Shown here one piece after another: positions 1-31,221 of a DNA stretch of 37,561 bases (position 1 is its first letter; every line of letters starts with the position of its first letter). Origin of the DNA: Macrostomum lignano. Taxonomy: Eukaryota. A program made the translations under genes and the position numbers. Where the stretch lies: NCBI GenBank assembly GCA_002269645.1, contig NIVC01001055.1, positions 1 to 37,561 of the forward strand, in the 5' to 3' direction. Below the pieces are notes generated by a model. That model made no database searches, was not told where the DNA came from, and was given only the letters and a program-made list of their open reading frames with translations.

Positions 1-1003
1 CTCTCAGCTATATCTCCTCTCAGCTATCTCCCTCTCAGCTATCCCCTCTCAGCTATATCCCTCTCAGCTATCTCCCTCTCAGCTATGTCCCTCTCAGCTA
101 TATCCCTCTCAGCTATCTCCCTCTCAGCTATGTCCCTCTCAGCTATATCCCTCTCAGCTATCTCCCTCTCAGCCATGTCCCTCTCAGCTAATCTCCCTCT
201 CAGCTATCTCCCTCTCAGCTATCTCCCTCTCAGCTATCTCCCTCTCAGCTATCTCCCTCTCAGCTATATCCCTCTCAGCTATCTCCCTCTCAGCATGTCC
301 CTCTCAGCTATCTCCCTCTCAGCTATCTCCCTCTCAGCCATGTCCCTCTCAGCTATCTCCCTCTCAGCTATCTCCCTCTCAGCTATCTCCCTCTCAGCTA
401 TCTCCCTCTCAGCTATCTCCCTCTCAGCCATGTCCCTCTCAGCTATCTCCCTCTCAGCTATCTCCCTCTCAGCTATATCCCTCTCAGCTATCTCCCTCTC
501 AGCCATCCCTCTCAGCTATCTCCCTCTCAGCTATCTCCCTCTCAGCTATCTCCCTCTCAGCTATCTCCCTCTCAGCTATCTCCCTCTCAGCTATCTCCCT
601 CTCAGCTATCTCCCTCTCAGCTATCTCCCTCTCAGCTATCTCCCTCTCAGCTATATCCCCTCAGCTATCTCCCTCTCAGCCATGTCCCTCTCAGCTATCT
701 CCCTCTCAGCTATCTCCCTCTCAGCTATCTCCCTCTCAGCTATCTCCCTCTCAGCTATCTCCCTCTCAGCTATATCCCTCTCAGCTATCTCCCTCTCAGC
801 TATCTCCCTCTCAGCTATCTCCCTCTTAGCTATCTCCCTCTTAGCTATCTCCTCTCAGCCATGTCCCTCTCAGCCATGTCCCTCTCTGCTATTCTACTCT
901 CAGCCTGTCCCTCTCAGCTATCTCCCTCTCAGCCATGTCCCTCTCAGCTATCTCCTCTCTGCCATGTCCCTCTCAGCCATGTCCCTCTCAGCTATCTCTC
1001 TTA
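1..1003. repeat. 15-bp minisatellite (CTCTCAGCTATCTCC)n, about 65 copies, runs off the window start
   Basis: Unit directly visible, with variants CTCTCAGCCATGTCC and CTCTCAGCTATATCC. ORFs 85..1008 and 279..506 are repeat artefacts. Confidence 0.97.
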
Positions 1004-1249
1004 GGTAAATCTCTCATCTATTCCTCCTGTACCTACCTATCCTCTGAGTCAGTAGGTGCTAAAATTTTAAATGCATGATTCCTTTGCAAAAAAAAATTAA
1101 TTGCTGCCTGTGCAACACAGCATTGCATTTGTAAATCAATTTATTGAAACAAACATGTAAATTTATTAATTGCATGGTGTGTCATCTTTCTTTTTTAGAT
1201 TATTTGATCCAATCCTATTTGAAAAGAGGATATTATAACAACAACAGCA

Positions 1250-3558
1250 ATGTCTGCAACAGCACAGCCGGCAGCAGCAGCAGCGGTCAATGGCTCAGTC
1301 TCCAGGGCCGGCAAAGCCCAGCTCACATTCGTCATGGGCAGCCAGTGGGGTGACGAAGGCAAAGGCAAACTGGTTGATTGGCTGGCAGCCAAGGAGTCGG
1401 TGAAGATCGTCTGCCGCTGCCAGGGCGGCAACAATGCGGGCCATACCGTCATAGTAGACGGAGTCACCTACGACTTCCACCTGCTGCCCTCCGGAGTGGT
1501 TCACCCAGGCGTACTGGGTGTCATCGGTCACGGCGTGGTCATTCACGTGCCCGACCTGTTCGGCGAGATCGGCAAAGCGGCCGCCAAAGGCTTGGGCGAC
1601 ATCGAACAGCGGCTGCTGATCAGCGACCGCGCCCACCTGGTGTTCAACTTTCACCAGATTGTCGACGGCCTGCAGGAGGGCGGCGTCGCTGGCGGGCCGG
1701 CAATCGCTTGGGCACCACCAGGAAGGGCATTGGGCCAACCTACAGCAGCAAGATGCAGCGGAATGGGATTCGAGTCTGTGACCTTATGGGCGATTGGGCG
1801 GCGTTCGAGGTCAAGTATAAAACCCTGCTCAAGTACACGGCAGATCGGTACGCTGAGCGCCTGCGAGATGCTCACGCTGCCGATGCTGAGCTGAGCACCC
1901 TGAAACAGCTCAGGGAGCGGCTTAGACCGATGGTCAAGGATACTGTGCTGTACCTTAATAAGCAGATGATGAATCCCAACTGTCACATTCTTGTTGAGGT
2001 GAGCGAGAATTCCTGAAGCCATAATTGATGAAAATTGACCCAATTACAAATACTGGCATTCTCCTGATTCCTAAAATAGGGTACTGTATCAAATCACAAA
2101 TCAAAGGTGATTTCCTTGACCTTAATTCAACTCTCATAGCATTCCCCATTCTAAAAATAGAGTTTACACCCTAAAGAGTAGAGGATTCTCCGATCTAATA
2201 ATATGGGGATTCCCTGTTCCAAAAATAGCTGGTCTAATGGATTCTCCTATCTAAGAATAGGGATTCCCCCTCTCCAAGAATAGGGAATTCCTAATTCCAA
2301 AAATACTCTCAGCATTCTAAATCATCGGGAATCCCATCAAATCACGGAATCCAATAATTATATAGATAAGGTCGGGCCTTGACTCCACAATTTGCAGGGC
2401 GCCCAGAGCTCCATGCTGGACATCGATGTTGGCACCTATCCGTACGTGACCAGCTCGAACTGCAGTGTTGGCGGCCTCTGCACCGGGCTGGGCGTCCCGC
2501 CTCACCTGGTCACCAGCGTCTACGGCGTGGTGAAGGCCTACACGACCAGGGTGGGGGCTGGCGGATTTCCCACCGAGCTCACGAATGACATCTGCGAGCA
2601 GCTGCAGGTGAGGAAGTGGATTAGCTAACACATTTATAGGGGATTATCTATCAAATATAAAAGGGTTTATCTAACAGATTAAGGTTTAAAATATAAAAGA
2701 TTTAAAGCGGATTATCTAAGAAATTTTAGTTTAAAATCTAACAAAGTTAAAGTGGACTATCTAATAGATTTAATAGGGATTATCTGACAGGTTTTAAAGT
2801 GGATTATCTAAAAGCTTTAAGTTAAAAATCACTGATTTAAAGTGGATTATCTAAAGAGTTAAGTTTAAAATTACAGATTTAAAGCGGATTATCTAAAGAG
2901 TTAAGTTTAAAATCACTGATTTAAAGTGGATTATCTAAAGAGTTAAGTTTAAAATCACTGATTTAAAGTGGATTATCTAAAGAGTTAAGTTTAAAATCAC
3001 TGATTTAAAGTAATTATCTAACAGATTTAAAGCGGATTATCTAACAGATTTAAAGCGGATTATCCAGAGTTTGAGAAATCATGCTCACTGTGCATCGACT
3101 GACTAATCAGCTTGCTATGCTACAAATTCTGTCTGCACCTCTGACCATCCCAGGGCATCGGCCGCGAGTTCGGGGTGACCACCGGTCGCAAGCGCCGCTG
3201 CGGTTGGCTTGACGCGCCCATTGTGAAGTACTCGCACATGGTCAACGGATTCAAGGGCCTGGCCCTCACCAAGCTGGACGTGTTGGACACATTCGACCAG
3301 GTGAAGATCGGCGTAGCTTATAAACTCGACGGCAAACCAATTGAAGGCGTGCCAGCCCTGGCCGAGGACTTAGCCAGAGTTGAAGTTGAGTTCGTCACCC
3401 TGCCAGGCTGGAAATGCTCCATTGAGCACTGCAGGCAGTTCAGTGACCTGCCGCCCGCTGCCAGGGCCTACGTTGAAGCTGTGGAGCTGCACACTGGGGT
3501 GCCCGTGCTCTGGATTGGCGTGGGCCCGAGTCGGGACTGCATTGTGGTGCGGGCCTGA
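1250..3558 (+). CDS. ADSS: Adenylosuccinate synthetase, join(1250..1998,2398..2607,3154..3558), about 454 aa after restoring one missing base near 1676-1697
   Basis: Motifs [76 protein letters not shown] and LTKLDVLD. Introns: GAG|GTGAGC(1999)..TTTGCAG|(2397) and CAG|GTGAGG(2608)..CCCAG|(3153), both phase 0. Confidence 0.95.
2630..3070. repeat. AT-rich 42-bp minisatellite in ADSS intron 2 (AAAGTGGATTATCTAAAGAGTTAAGTTTAAAATCACTGATTT), with degenerate flanking copies
   Basis: GGATTAT recurs at 2844, 2886, 2928 and 2970 (42-bp period); looser copies lie on both sides. Confidence 0.85.
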
Positions 3559-3616
3559 CCTGCCTGCCTGCACTGCGGCTCAGGCCTGCCTGCTTGCGCT
3601 GCTGGATTCACAGCTG

Positions 3617-4275
3617 ACCTGCTCACCTCTCCCTCTCTCCTCCCTCCTCCCTCTGCTCTCCCTCTCTCCCATCTCCTCTCTCCTCTCACCTCTCCTCTCC
3701 TCTCACCTATCCTCTCACCTCTCCTCTCCTCACCTCTCACCTATCTCCTCTCTCCTCTCTCCTCTCACTCTCCTCTCTCCTTCTCTCCTCTCTCGTCTCC
3801 CTCTCTCCTCTCCCTCTCTCCTCTCATTCTCCTCTCTCCTCTCACTCTCCTCTCCCTCTCTCCTCTCACTCTCTCCTCTCCTCTCTCCTCTCACTCTCCT
3901 CTCTCTCTCCTCTCACTCTCTCCTCTCCTCTCCCTCTCTCCTCTCACTCTCTTCTCTCTCTCCTCTCCCTCTCTCCTCTCTCTCTCTCCTCTCACTCTCC
4001 TCTCCTCTCTCCTCTCCCTCTCTCCTCTCACTCTCCTCTCTCACTCTCCTCTCCCTCTCTCCTCTCACTCTCTCCTCTCCTCTCTCCTCTCCCTCTCTCC
4101 TCTCACTCTCCTCTCTCTCTCTCCTCTCACTCTCTCCTCTCTCCTCTCCCTCTCTCCTCTCACTCTCTTCTCTCCTCTCCCTCTCTCTTCTCTCTTTCCC
4201 TCCCTCTCTTCTCTCTTCTCCCTCTCTTTTACCTCTCACTCTCCTCTCTCCCTCCTGCCCGTTTCCTTCCCCTCC
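3617..4275. repeat. CT-rich low-complexity polypyrimidine tract
   Basis: Almost purely C/T on the + strand (CTCTC/CTCCT motifs). The S/L/P-rich and E/R-rich ORFs over it are artefacts. Confidence 0.95.
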
Positions 4276-4769
4276 CCTCTCTCCGTTCGCCTTGAGAAAT
4301 TTTCCTGTGTCACCTGGCTCAGACAATGGTACTCACTGCAAATTGCATCATGAAAAGTCCTGCAGAATCGTTTTATTATTAACTAGCCAATAGCCAGTAA
4401 AGGGCGTAGACGTTTTTCCATTAACAAATCATAAGACTTGAGTTAATCAGTGTATTGACAATTTCTGTGTTTCATCTACTCAAAACAAACAATCGAATTG
4501 GTGTCAAATTAGCTGCCAAAAAGAGATTTATCAAGGCACTTTAACAACTTCATGCGTTCAATAATTTCAGCAGTTTCTAGAATGCTACTATCAGTAGTGT
4601 AGAACAAATCGTTTTGTTTCTTTCTATGAATTTAGCTATTTTCTTATCCAAAAAGTGTGCAATGGTTCCCCTGTGTTTCTAAGCACTCTCTGAAGTCTTG
4701 TCTGCAGACTTAGAGGTTTCAAAAAGTGCCACTTTGATTACGGGTCTGAACCCAGACCAAATCACCCAG

Positions 4770-5480
4770 CAAATTCTCACCACTTGTGTCAGTAGTCTAC
4801 CACATTCTCACCCCCTGTAGTTTACCAAATTCCCACCCCTGTGTCAGTAGTCTACCACATTCTCGCCCCCTGTGTCAGCAGTCTACCAAATTCTTACCCC
4901 CTGTGTCAGTAGTCTACCACATTCTCACCCCCTGTGTCAGCAGTCTACCAAATTCTCACCCCCTGTGTCAGTAGTCTACCACATTCTCGCCCCCTGTGTC
5001 AGTAGTCTACCACATTCTCACCCCCTGTGTCAGTAGTCTACCAAATTCTCACTCCCTGTGTCAGTAATCTACCACATTCTCGCCCCCTGTGTCAGCAGTC
5101 TACCAAATTCTCACCCCCTGTGTCAGTAGTCTACCAAATTCTCACTCCCTGTGTCAGTAATCTACCACATTCTCGCCCCCTGTGTCAGCAGTCTACCAAA
5201 TTCTCACCCCCTGTGTCAGTAGTCTACCAAATTCTCACTCCCTGTGTCAGTAATCTACCACATTCTCGCCCCCTGTGTCAGCAGTCTACCAAATTCTCAC
5301 CCCCTGTGTCAGTAGTCTACCAAATTCTCGCCCCCTGTGTCAGTAGTCTACCACATTCTCGCCCCCTGTGTCAGCAGTCCACCAAATTCCCATCCCTTGT
5401 GTCAGCAGTCTACCAAATTCTCACCCCCTGTGTCAGTAGTCCACCAAATTCTCACCCCCTGTGTCAGTAGTCTACCAAAA
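4770..5480. repeat. 31-bp minisatellite (CCCCCTGTGTCAGTAGTCTACCAAATTCTCA)n, about 22 copies
   Basis: TGTGTC recurs at 4840, 4871, 4902 and 4933 (31-bp period). Confidence 0.95.
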
Positions 5481-6038
5481 CCCTACCCTGATACTAACAT
5501 AATAAAAGTGTAGAAATGACATTATTCTCACCATATTGCGTTCACCTGCTACACCGAAATCTCAATCCTTTAATTTTTTAATATTTTTGTTAGGGTCAGT
5601 AGTTTTAGTATTTTTTAATAAAAATTTTAGTTATTGCGTTTGTTTTAATGATCTAAAAATTATCCTTAGTTATTCTATTGCGAGATTGTTAAGTACAGGT
5701 ATTAGTTTATTCAACACCTGTCCCAAGCAAGTTTTCCACAATGTTGACCGGAATATTCCCTTGATGAGGCTTTAAGTTGCGTTTACTTTTGTAAGATCTT
5801 ATAAATTATCTGCTTGTAGGAGTGCTGAGTTTTCAATTAATATTTTGTAGCAGCTTTCATCGCAACTGTTTCTAGCAAACCCTGTATTTTTGGAACATTT
5901 TTATAGTGCATCTTTGTCACTCAGTTTAGAAGAAATTTGAGAAACAATTTTATAACTTTTTTCCCGGGTCCTTGTTTAACATAAGGCATCATGCTTATTT
6001 AGGGGAATTTCCCCTAAAACTCCGAAAGAATCGCCCCT

Positions 6039-7168
6039 GCAACTCTTAGAGAATCGCCCCAACAATTCATAGAGAATCGCCTCTACAACCCTTAAAGAAA
6101 CGCCTCTACAACTTTTACAGAATCGCCCCTACAACTCAGAGAATCGCCCCAACAACTCTTAAAGAATCGCCCGTACAACTCATAGAGAATCGCCCGTACA
6201 ACTCATAGAGAATCGCCCCTACAACTCATAGAGAATCGCCTCTACAACTCATAGAGAATCGCCCCTACAACTCATAGAGAATCGCCTCTACAACTCATAG
6301 AGAATCGCCCCTGCAACTCATAGAGAATCGCCTCTACAACCCTTAAAGAATCACCTCTACAACTCATAGAGAATCGCCTCTACAACTCATAGAGAATCGC
6401 CCCTACAACTCATAGAGAATCGCCTCTACAACCCTTAAAGAATCACCTCTACAACTCATAGAGAATCGCCCCTACAACTCATAGAGAATCGCCCTTACAA
6501 CTCATAGAGAATCGCCTCTACAACCCTTAAAGAATCACCTCTACAACTCATAGAGAATCGCCTCTACAACTCATAGAGAATCGCCCCTACAACTCATAGA
6601 GAATCGCCTCTACAACCCTTAAAGAATCACCTCTACAACTCATAGAGAATCGCCTCTACAACTCATAGAGAATCGCCTCTACAACTCATAGAGAATCGCC
6701 CCTACAACTCATAGAGAATCGCCTCTACAACCCTTAAAGAATCACCTCTACAACTCATAGAGAATCGCCTCTACAACTCATAGAGAATCGCCTCTACAAC
6801 TCATAGAGAATCGCCCCTACAACTCATAGAGAATCGCCTCTACAACCCTTAAAGAATCACCTCTACAACTCATAAAGAATCACCTCTACAACTCATAGAG
6901 AATCGCCTCTACAACTCATAGAGAATCGCCCCTACAACTCATAGAGAATCGCCTCTACAACCCTTAAAGAATCACCTCTACAACTCATAGAGAATCGCCT
7001 CTACAACTCATAGAGAATCGCCTCTACAACTCATAGAGAATCGCCCCTACAACTCATAGAGAATCGCCTCTACAACCCTTAAAGAATCACCTCTACAACT
7101 CATAGAAAATCGCCCCTACAACTCATAGAGAATCGCCCCTACAACTCTTAAAGAATCGCCATTACAAC
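6039..7168. repeat. 23-bp minisatellite (ACAACTCATAGAGAATCGCCCCT)n, about 49 copies, with higher-order structure
   Basis: 23-bp period directly visible; a variant unit ACAACCCTTAAAGAATCACCTCT recurs periodically. Confidence 0.97.
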
Positions 7169-7815
7169 TTTTTAAGTGTGACTAAAAGGTCTAATGTACT
7201 TACTTCACCTATACCCTTTCACATTTTTTCAATGTTGGATCCGTTAAATGGTTCAATCTGATTACTGACCTTTGTGTTTTGTTTTAAACCTTTCCGGAGA
7301 CTTCGAAATACACAGTAAGTTTTTTTAACAGCTTTCCCTATATTTTCAGGAATCCAGCTTTAAAAATTCGATGCTTGCAAGCGCAATAACCGGATACTTT
7401 ATCATTTTAGTGAAAAAAGATTGTAGGATTGGCACACACAGGTTTTGAGTTAGGTGCTTATTGCAGTTTAACAAAAATTAAGATAAATTATTACGCTACT
7501 AGTAGTATTGATCGTACTATCAGTAGATAGTAAAGATTTTTATAACCATATAATAATAAAAATTAAATTTTATAAAATTGAGAATTTTCATCTTTATCAT
7601 GCGAGTAAATTTTGGAATTTATTACTTACTAACTTTAAAGTTGTTTTCTACTTAAATGGTGCTACTGTTGTTCAAGGTTGTGTTGTTCAACAGAATGAAA
7701 AGTTCAATGGTAGGAACGATTATTCCCGAATAGATTAATGAACTCATCAATGCTAATTTTAGCATAGAATAATTTGAGCACAGTAAAGCAATATAACAGC
7801 TAATGGATTCCAAAT

Positions 7816-8038
7816 AAGTCACTGCCAGCTGGCACCCTTGAGTACGCGTGCACTTATATCAGTCAGTGCCAGCTGGCACTCTTGAGTACGCGTGCACTTA
7901 TATCAGTCAGTTCCAGCTGGCACTCTTGAGTACGCGTGCACTTATATCAGTCACTGCCAGCTGACACTCTTGAGTATGCGTGCACTTATATCAGTCACTG
8001 CCAGCTGGCACCCTTGAGTACGCGTGCACTTATATCAG

Positions 8039-8053
<15 letters not shown>
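7816..8053. repeat. 44-bp minisatellite, 5 copies plus a partial copy overlapping the GAA stop codon
   Basis: Unit CAGTCACTGCCAGCTGGCACCCTTGAGTACGCGTGCACTTATAT starts at 7816, 7860, 7904, 7948 and 7992; partial copy at 8036. Confidence 0.95.
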
Positions 8054-27599
<19,546 letters not shown>

Positions 27600-28157
27600 G
27601 TCTGTGCGAGAGATACGGCTGGAAACCAAAGAGTGGCTTTGCGTCCCGCTGCGCGCGTTTTATGCGACCAAAACTGCACACGTGGGCTGGGTAAGACCTT
27701 GTCGGTTTAAAGCGAGTTTACTATTGGCTGAGATTTTAGGCTCCGCAAATAGACTGCAGTAATCTTTGAATTCTGTCGCAGTTTTGTTGATTTTGAAGCA
27801 TTACAAGGATATGGACGATTTTTCGCTGAAAAAAAGAAATGCAACAGGCCAACTGTGAATAGAATTTAATGTTGTCGTCTTATGATGGTTTTTGTAATGG
27901 ACGTTTAAGCGATTGACGTTTTGTTTTTACGTTCTAAGCCATGTAATCAAAAATTCTCCTCCAGTATTCACACGTGCGCCCACACAGAGTGTACAGCCGC
28001 ACTGACTTTCTAATTGTCAGACATGTACACTCTCTGTGCATTGGGGGTTGGCCCTCATGAATTGAAGTCCAAGGAGCTGATACATGCGTTCTTCTGGGTG
28101 TTATGTAGACAGGTGTTATTGCTTCCGGAGCAAAGTGTGTCGACAGGAGTATAAAAT

Positions 28158-28384
28158 CAAATTAGGCACTCAGATTGAGAAACTGCATTCTGTGCTGATC
28201 TGTGTGTTTATCAATTAGGCACTCAGATTGGGAAACTCCATTCTGTGCTGATCTGTGTGTTTATCAATTAGGCACTCAGATTGGGAAACTCCATTCTGTG
28301 CTAATCTGTGTGTTTGTCAAATTAGGCACTCAGATTGGGAAACTCCATTCTGTGCTAATCTGTGTGTTTATCAATTAGGCACTC
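28158..28384. repeat. 53-bp minisatellite, 4 copies plus a partial copy
   Basis: ATTAGGCACTCAGATTG recurs at 28161, 28214, 28267 and 28321; partial copy at 28374. Confidence 0.93.
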
Positions 28385-29004
28385 CTTGTCCTTGTCCAGA
28401 TATTCCTTGTCCATGTACGCGTACTCATTTCTCTTACCTCTTCACTCCTCCATTTACAGGATTTGCGGAATGCTGTCCGAATCGGATTCAAAATGTAGCT
28501 AAAGGTGTAGCTCGAAGATTTTCGAGTCCTTCTCGGCCCGGAAGTCGAGCAAACTCGATAGACGCTTCAAGGGTCCGGCAGAATATGAATATAATTCCAG
28601 AAGCATAAAAAAGGCATGGCTAAAGCTACTGTAAATGGTTTTGTAGGGTGCGCTCGTCAATACATGGCTTGTGACGTTTCCAGAGTTGACAGAAAATGCT
28701 GCACGAACTTCTCGTGTCAGTACGACTGATAGTACGAGCGTACGACAGTAATGTTGATTATTAATACTACCCTATATCTCCATCAAAACTAAACAATTTT
28801 ATTCCTTGTAATCAAAATAATAAATAAACAAATACAGAACCGACCAGTCTAATGTTGTTAAAATAAAGTCAAAATTGACCAAAGTTTATTTCTCTTAATA
28901 AGCTATGCAAGCTTTGTACTGGATGCCAGTAGACGAACTGGCTAAAATGACTTCATTGCTTGTAAATAAATAAATCTTGCATTTTGAATCCAAATAACTA
29001 ATAA

Positions 29005-29068
29005 GCCAGTTTGAGCACTGATGAGGCGCCAGTTTGAGCATTGATGAGGCGCCAGTTTGAGCATTGAT
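29005..29068. repeat. 23-bp tandem repeat GCCAGTTTGAGCATTGATGAGGC, about 2.8 copies
   Basis: Copies start at 29005, 29028 and 29051. Confidence 0.85.
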
Positions 29069-29139
29069 GTGAGCTATCCGCAGTTACGGACTCGCGAGGG
29101 TGGGACGAGGACTCGTCATTAAAACTGCATTACTTGAGC

Positions 29140-29620
29140 GGCAAGGTCTTTAATTTCAACTCGTTTAGGTGCCTAGGCCCGATGGCATCTACCCAGCGTT
29201 CTTGCACGAGGCGGTGAAGAACTACAGCTTCTTGGACCTCATCTGTCATCGTCTCGGAGCTTGCGTAGAACTGGGCTATGTACCAGTTGCGTGGAGGCCC
29301 TGGCGGTCTTTATCCCCAAGCCTGGAAAGAGTGACTACCAATCGGTGAAGACCTTCAGGTCTATCAGCGTCAGCTCTTACTGCCTGAAGGTCCTCAAAAG
29401 TTTGGTGGTTTGACGCCTGCGGTCAAGCTGAAGCGCTTTCCACTCTAACAGAACCAGCACGACTTCCGCGCGGGCAGGTCCACTGACGCGTCGAGAGTGC
29501 CCTCAATGTCATCGTTGACTTCCTGGAGAGACCCGTTCTTGTCAGTGGCTTTGCCCTCTCGCTTTTCCTGGACGTTGAGGAGGCCTTCGACAATGTCATC
29601 CTTAATACCTTGGCAGAGCC
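29140..29620 (+). pseudogene. Non-LTR retrotransposon RT fragment (R1/LOA-like), frameshifted
   Basis: GPDGIYPAFL, LGYVPVAW, FIPKPGKSDY, FRSISVSS..KVL, QHDFRAGRST and FLDVEEAFDNV across shifted frames. Confidence 0.8.
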
Positions 29621-29629
29621 CTAATATCC

Positions 29630-30948
29630 AGGGCCACGCAGCCTCACCATGTTCATCATCCGGATGCAACGATGGCAAGATAGATGCAACGATGAGCTGG
29701 AGACCTACTGACAGAAGAGAAACGAGCTCTGTCTGGAAGAAGGAGTCATCTTCTGGGGTATTCGAGTCATTGTTCCAGCCAGGCTTCAGAATCATGTTCT
29801 AGACCTGCTGCACGAGGGTCATCTCGGAATTGTTTCAATGAAATAATTTGCTCGCCTGCATGTCTGGTTTCCTGGAATTGACAAGCAAATAGAAAGAGCT
29901 GTGAAGCGATGCAAAGGATGTGAACTGCAGCGAAGCAAGCCGCCGGAATCGTCTGTACACCCTCTCTGTTGGCCTGAGAAGCCATGGACACGACTGCAAG
30001 CAGATTTCTTTGGACCGTGCTATGGATACAACTGGCTAGTGATTGTTTATGCTACATCGAAAGGGGTGGAAATCTTTCCATTGAAGGTTGCCAACGCTTT
30101 CAACACTATTCAAAGTTTCAGAGGGACGTTTGCCCGTTTTGGAATTCCATGACAAATACTAACAGATAACGGAAGTCAGTTTACATCACAAGAATTTGTC
30201 GAATTCACCAAATCGAATAATATCAAGCATATATTCAGTGCAGTTGGACATCCAAGAACAAATGGACTCAGTGAGCGAATGGTTCAAACGGCAAAGAAAG
30301 CAATCAGAGCAGGTATGAAAAGCCATGGAAATCCTATCTTTAGCCTGCAGAACTTCTTATTTCGATATCGAAGCACTCCACACAGCACCACCGGCAAGTC
30401 ACCAGCTGCTCAAGCCTGACACGTATTGGAATGTCCTGGACTCGCAAAGTGAGCAGATAATGCGCCGGGAACAGATTCCACACAGAGAGTTTCAGGTTGG
30501 CGACACTGTGCTTGCTCTTGACTTCAGAAGAGAGAATGAGAACAAATGGGCGCACGCTAAAGTGATGAAGCAAACTGGACCACTATCCTATCAAGTTGAA
30601 GTCAACGGACAGATTTGGAAAAGGCACGTTGATCACCTCTTTAAGTCCGAACTGGAAGTTCCGCCTACACTGGATAGTGGATTCAATGAAAAGCTACAGC
30701 CCTCGAATAATGCTAGTACATCGTCTGAGTGCAATGCATGGAAGCCAGCCCAGGAGGAAACTGAGACATCGGGATCCAAGCTGGAAGACTCTACTCAGAG
30801 AGCCATAGACAAAGGCAAGGCACAAGACGCAACACCGAACAAACCTAAGAGCGACTCTGAAGGCAACGGCAATCATCAATTGGCTGACAAGCGAATGTTG
30901 CGGGATCGATCAAAGCTGAAGAAGCCGGACTTTTTTGTAGCGAAGTGA
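29630..30948 (+). pseudogene. Decayed gypsy (Mag/K02A2.6-like) integrase and pol C-terminus
   Basis: ELCLEEGVIFWGIRVIVP, LHEGHLG, WFPGID, CKGC, PWTRLQADFFGP, FGIP*QILTDNGSQF, HPRTNGLSER, YRSTPHSTTGKSPA, FQVGDTVLA and WKRHVDHL, with stops and a deletion. Confidence 0.88.
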
Positions 30949-31004
30949 ATTCAGAAACTGATGATATGAACTGAACTGTCATATCAAACAATTATTTTGT
31001 TGAC

Positions 31005-31015
31005 AAAAGGGGGAA
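31005..31015 (+). promoter_or_regulatory. Probable PPT of the decayed gypsy element; 3' LTR may start near 31019
   Basis: AAAAGGGGGAA about 60 nt after the pol stop, followed by TG. No second LTR copy is in the window to confirm. Confidence 0.5.
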
Positions 31016-31221
31016 CGATGCGTATTCTATGTTAATATATATATTCTATTCTGACATTTTCGCTATTTTGTTTAAGGGCTGGGCCTGTCAAGCTAGATTC
31101 TAAAGGGCCACAGCAAAAGAAAAAGGAAATAAAAGGAAAAACCTTGGCCGCTCAAATACGCGGGATTAAAATCGTCTGTGATAAGCTCATCACAAAAGTT
31201 TATACGTCAAAGGACGTAACA

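Larger units (their letters stand above)
4400..7500 (-). pseudogene. Highly decayed CR1/L2-like LINE ORF2 (RT) remnant, interrupted by two minisatellites
   Basis: Manual minus-strand translation gives collinear LINE-like fragments with many stops: SWIPENIGKAVKKTYCVFRSLRK and NIEKM*KGI (about 7200-7360), VKQGP (about 5965), SLIKGIF (about 5750) and SGFRP...TIAHFLD (about 4650-4757). Motif similarity judged by eye. Confidence 0.45.

Noticed and set aside
85-1008. Long ORFs over repeats (also 3380..4393, 3913..4326, 5027..5470, 25275..25629, 26797..27139 and 32383..33124)
   Set aside because: They are translations of stop-free tandem or simple repeats.
1-7168. Tandem arrays as CRISPR loci
   Set aside because: Units are contiguous with no unique spacers, there are no cas genes, and the context is eukaryotic.
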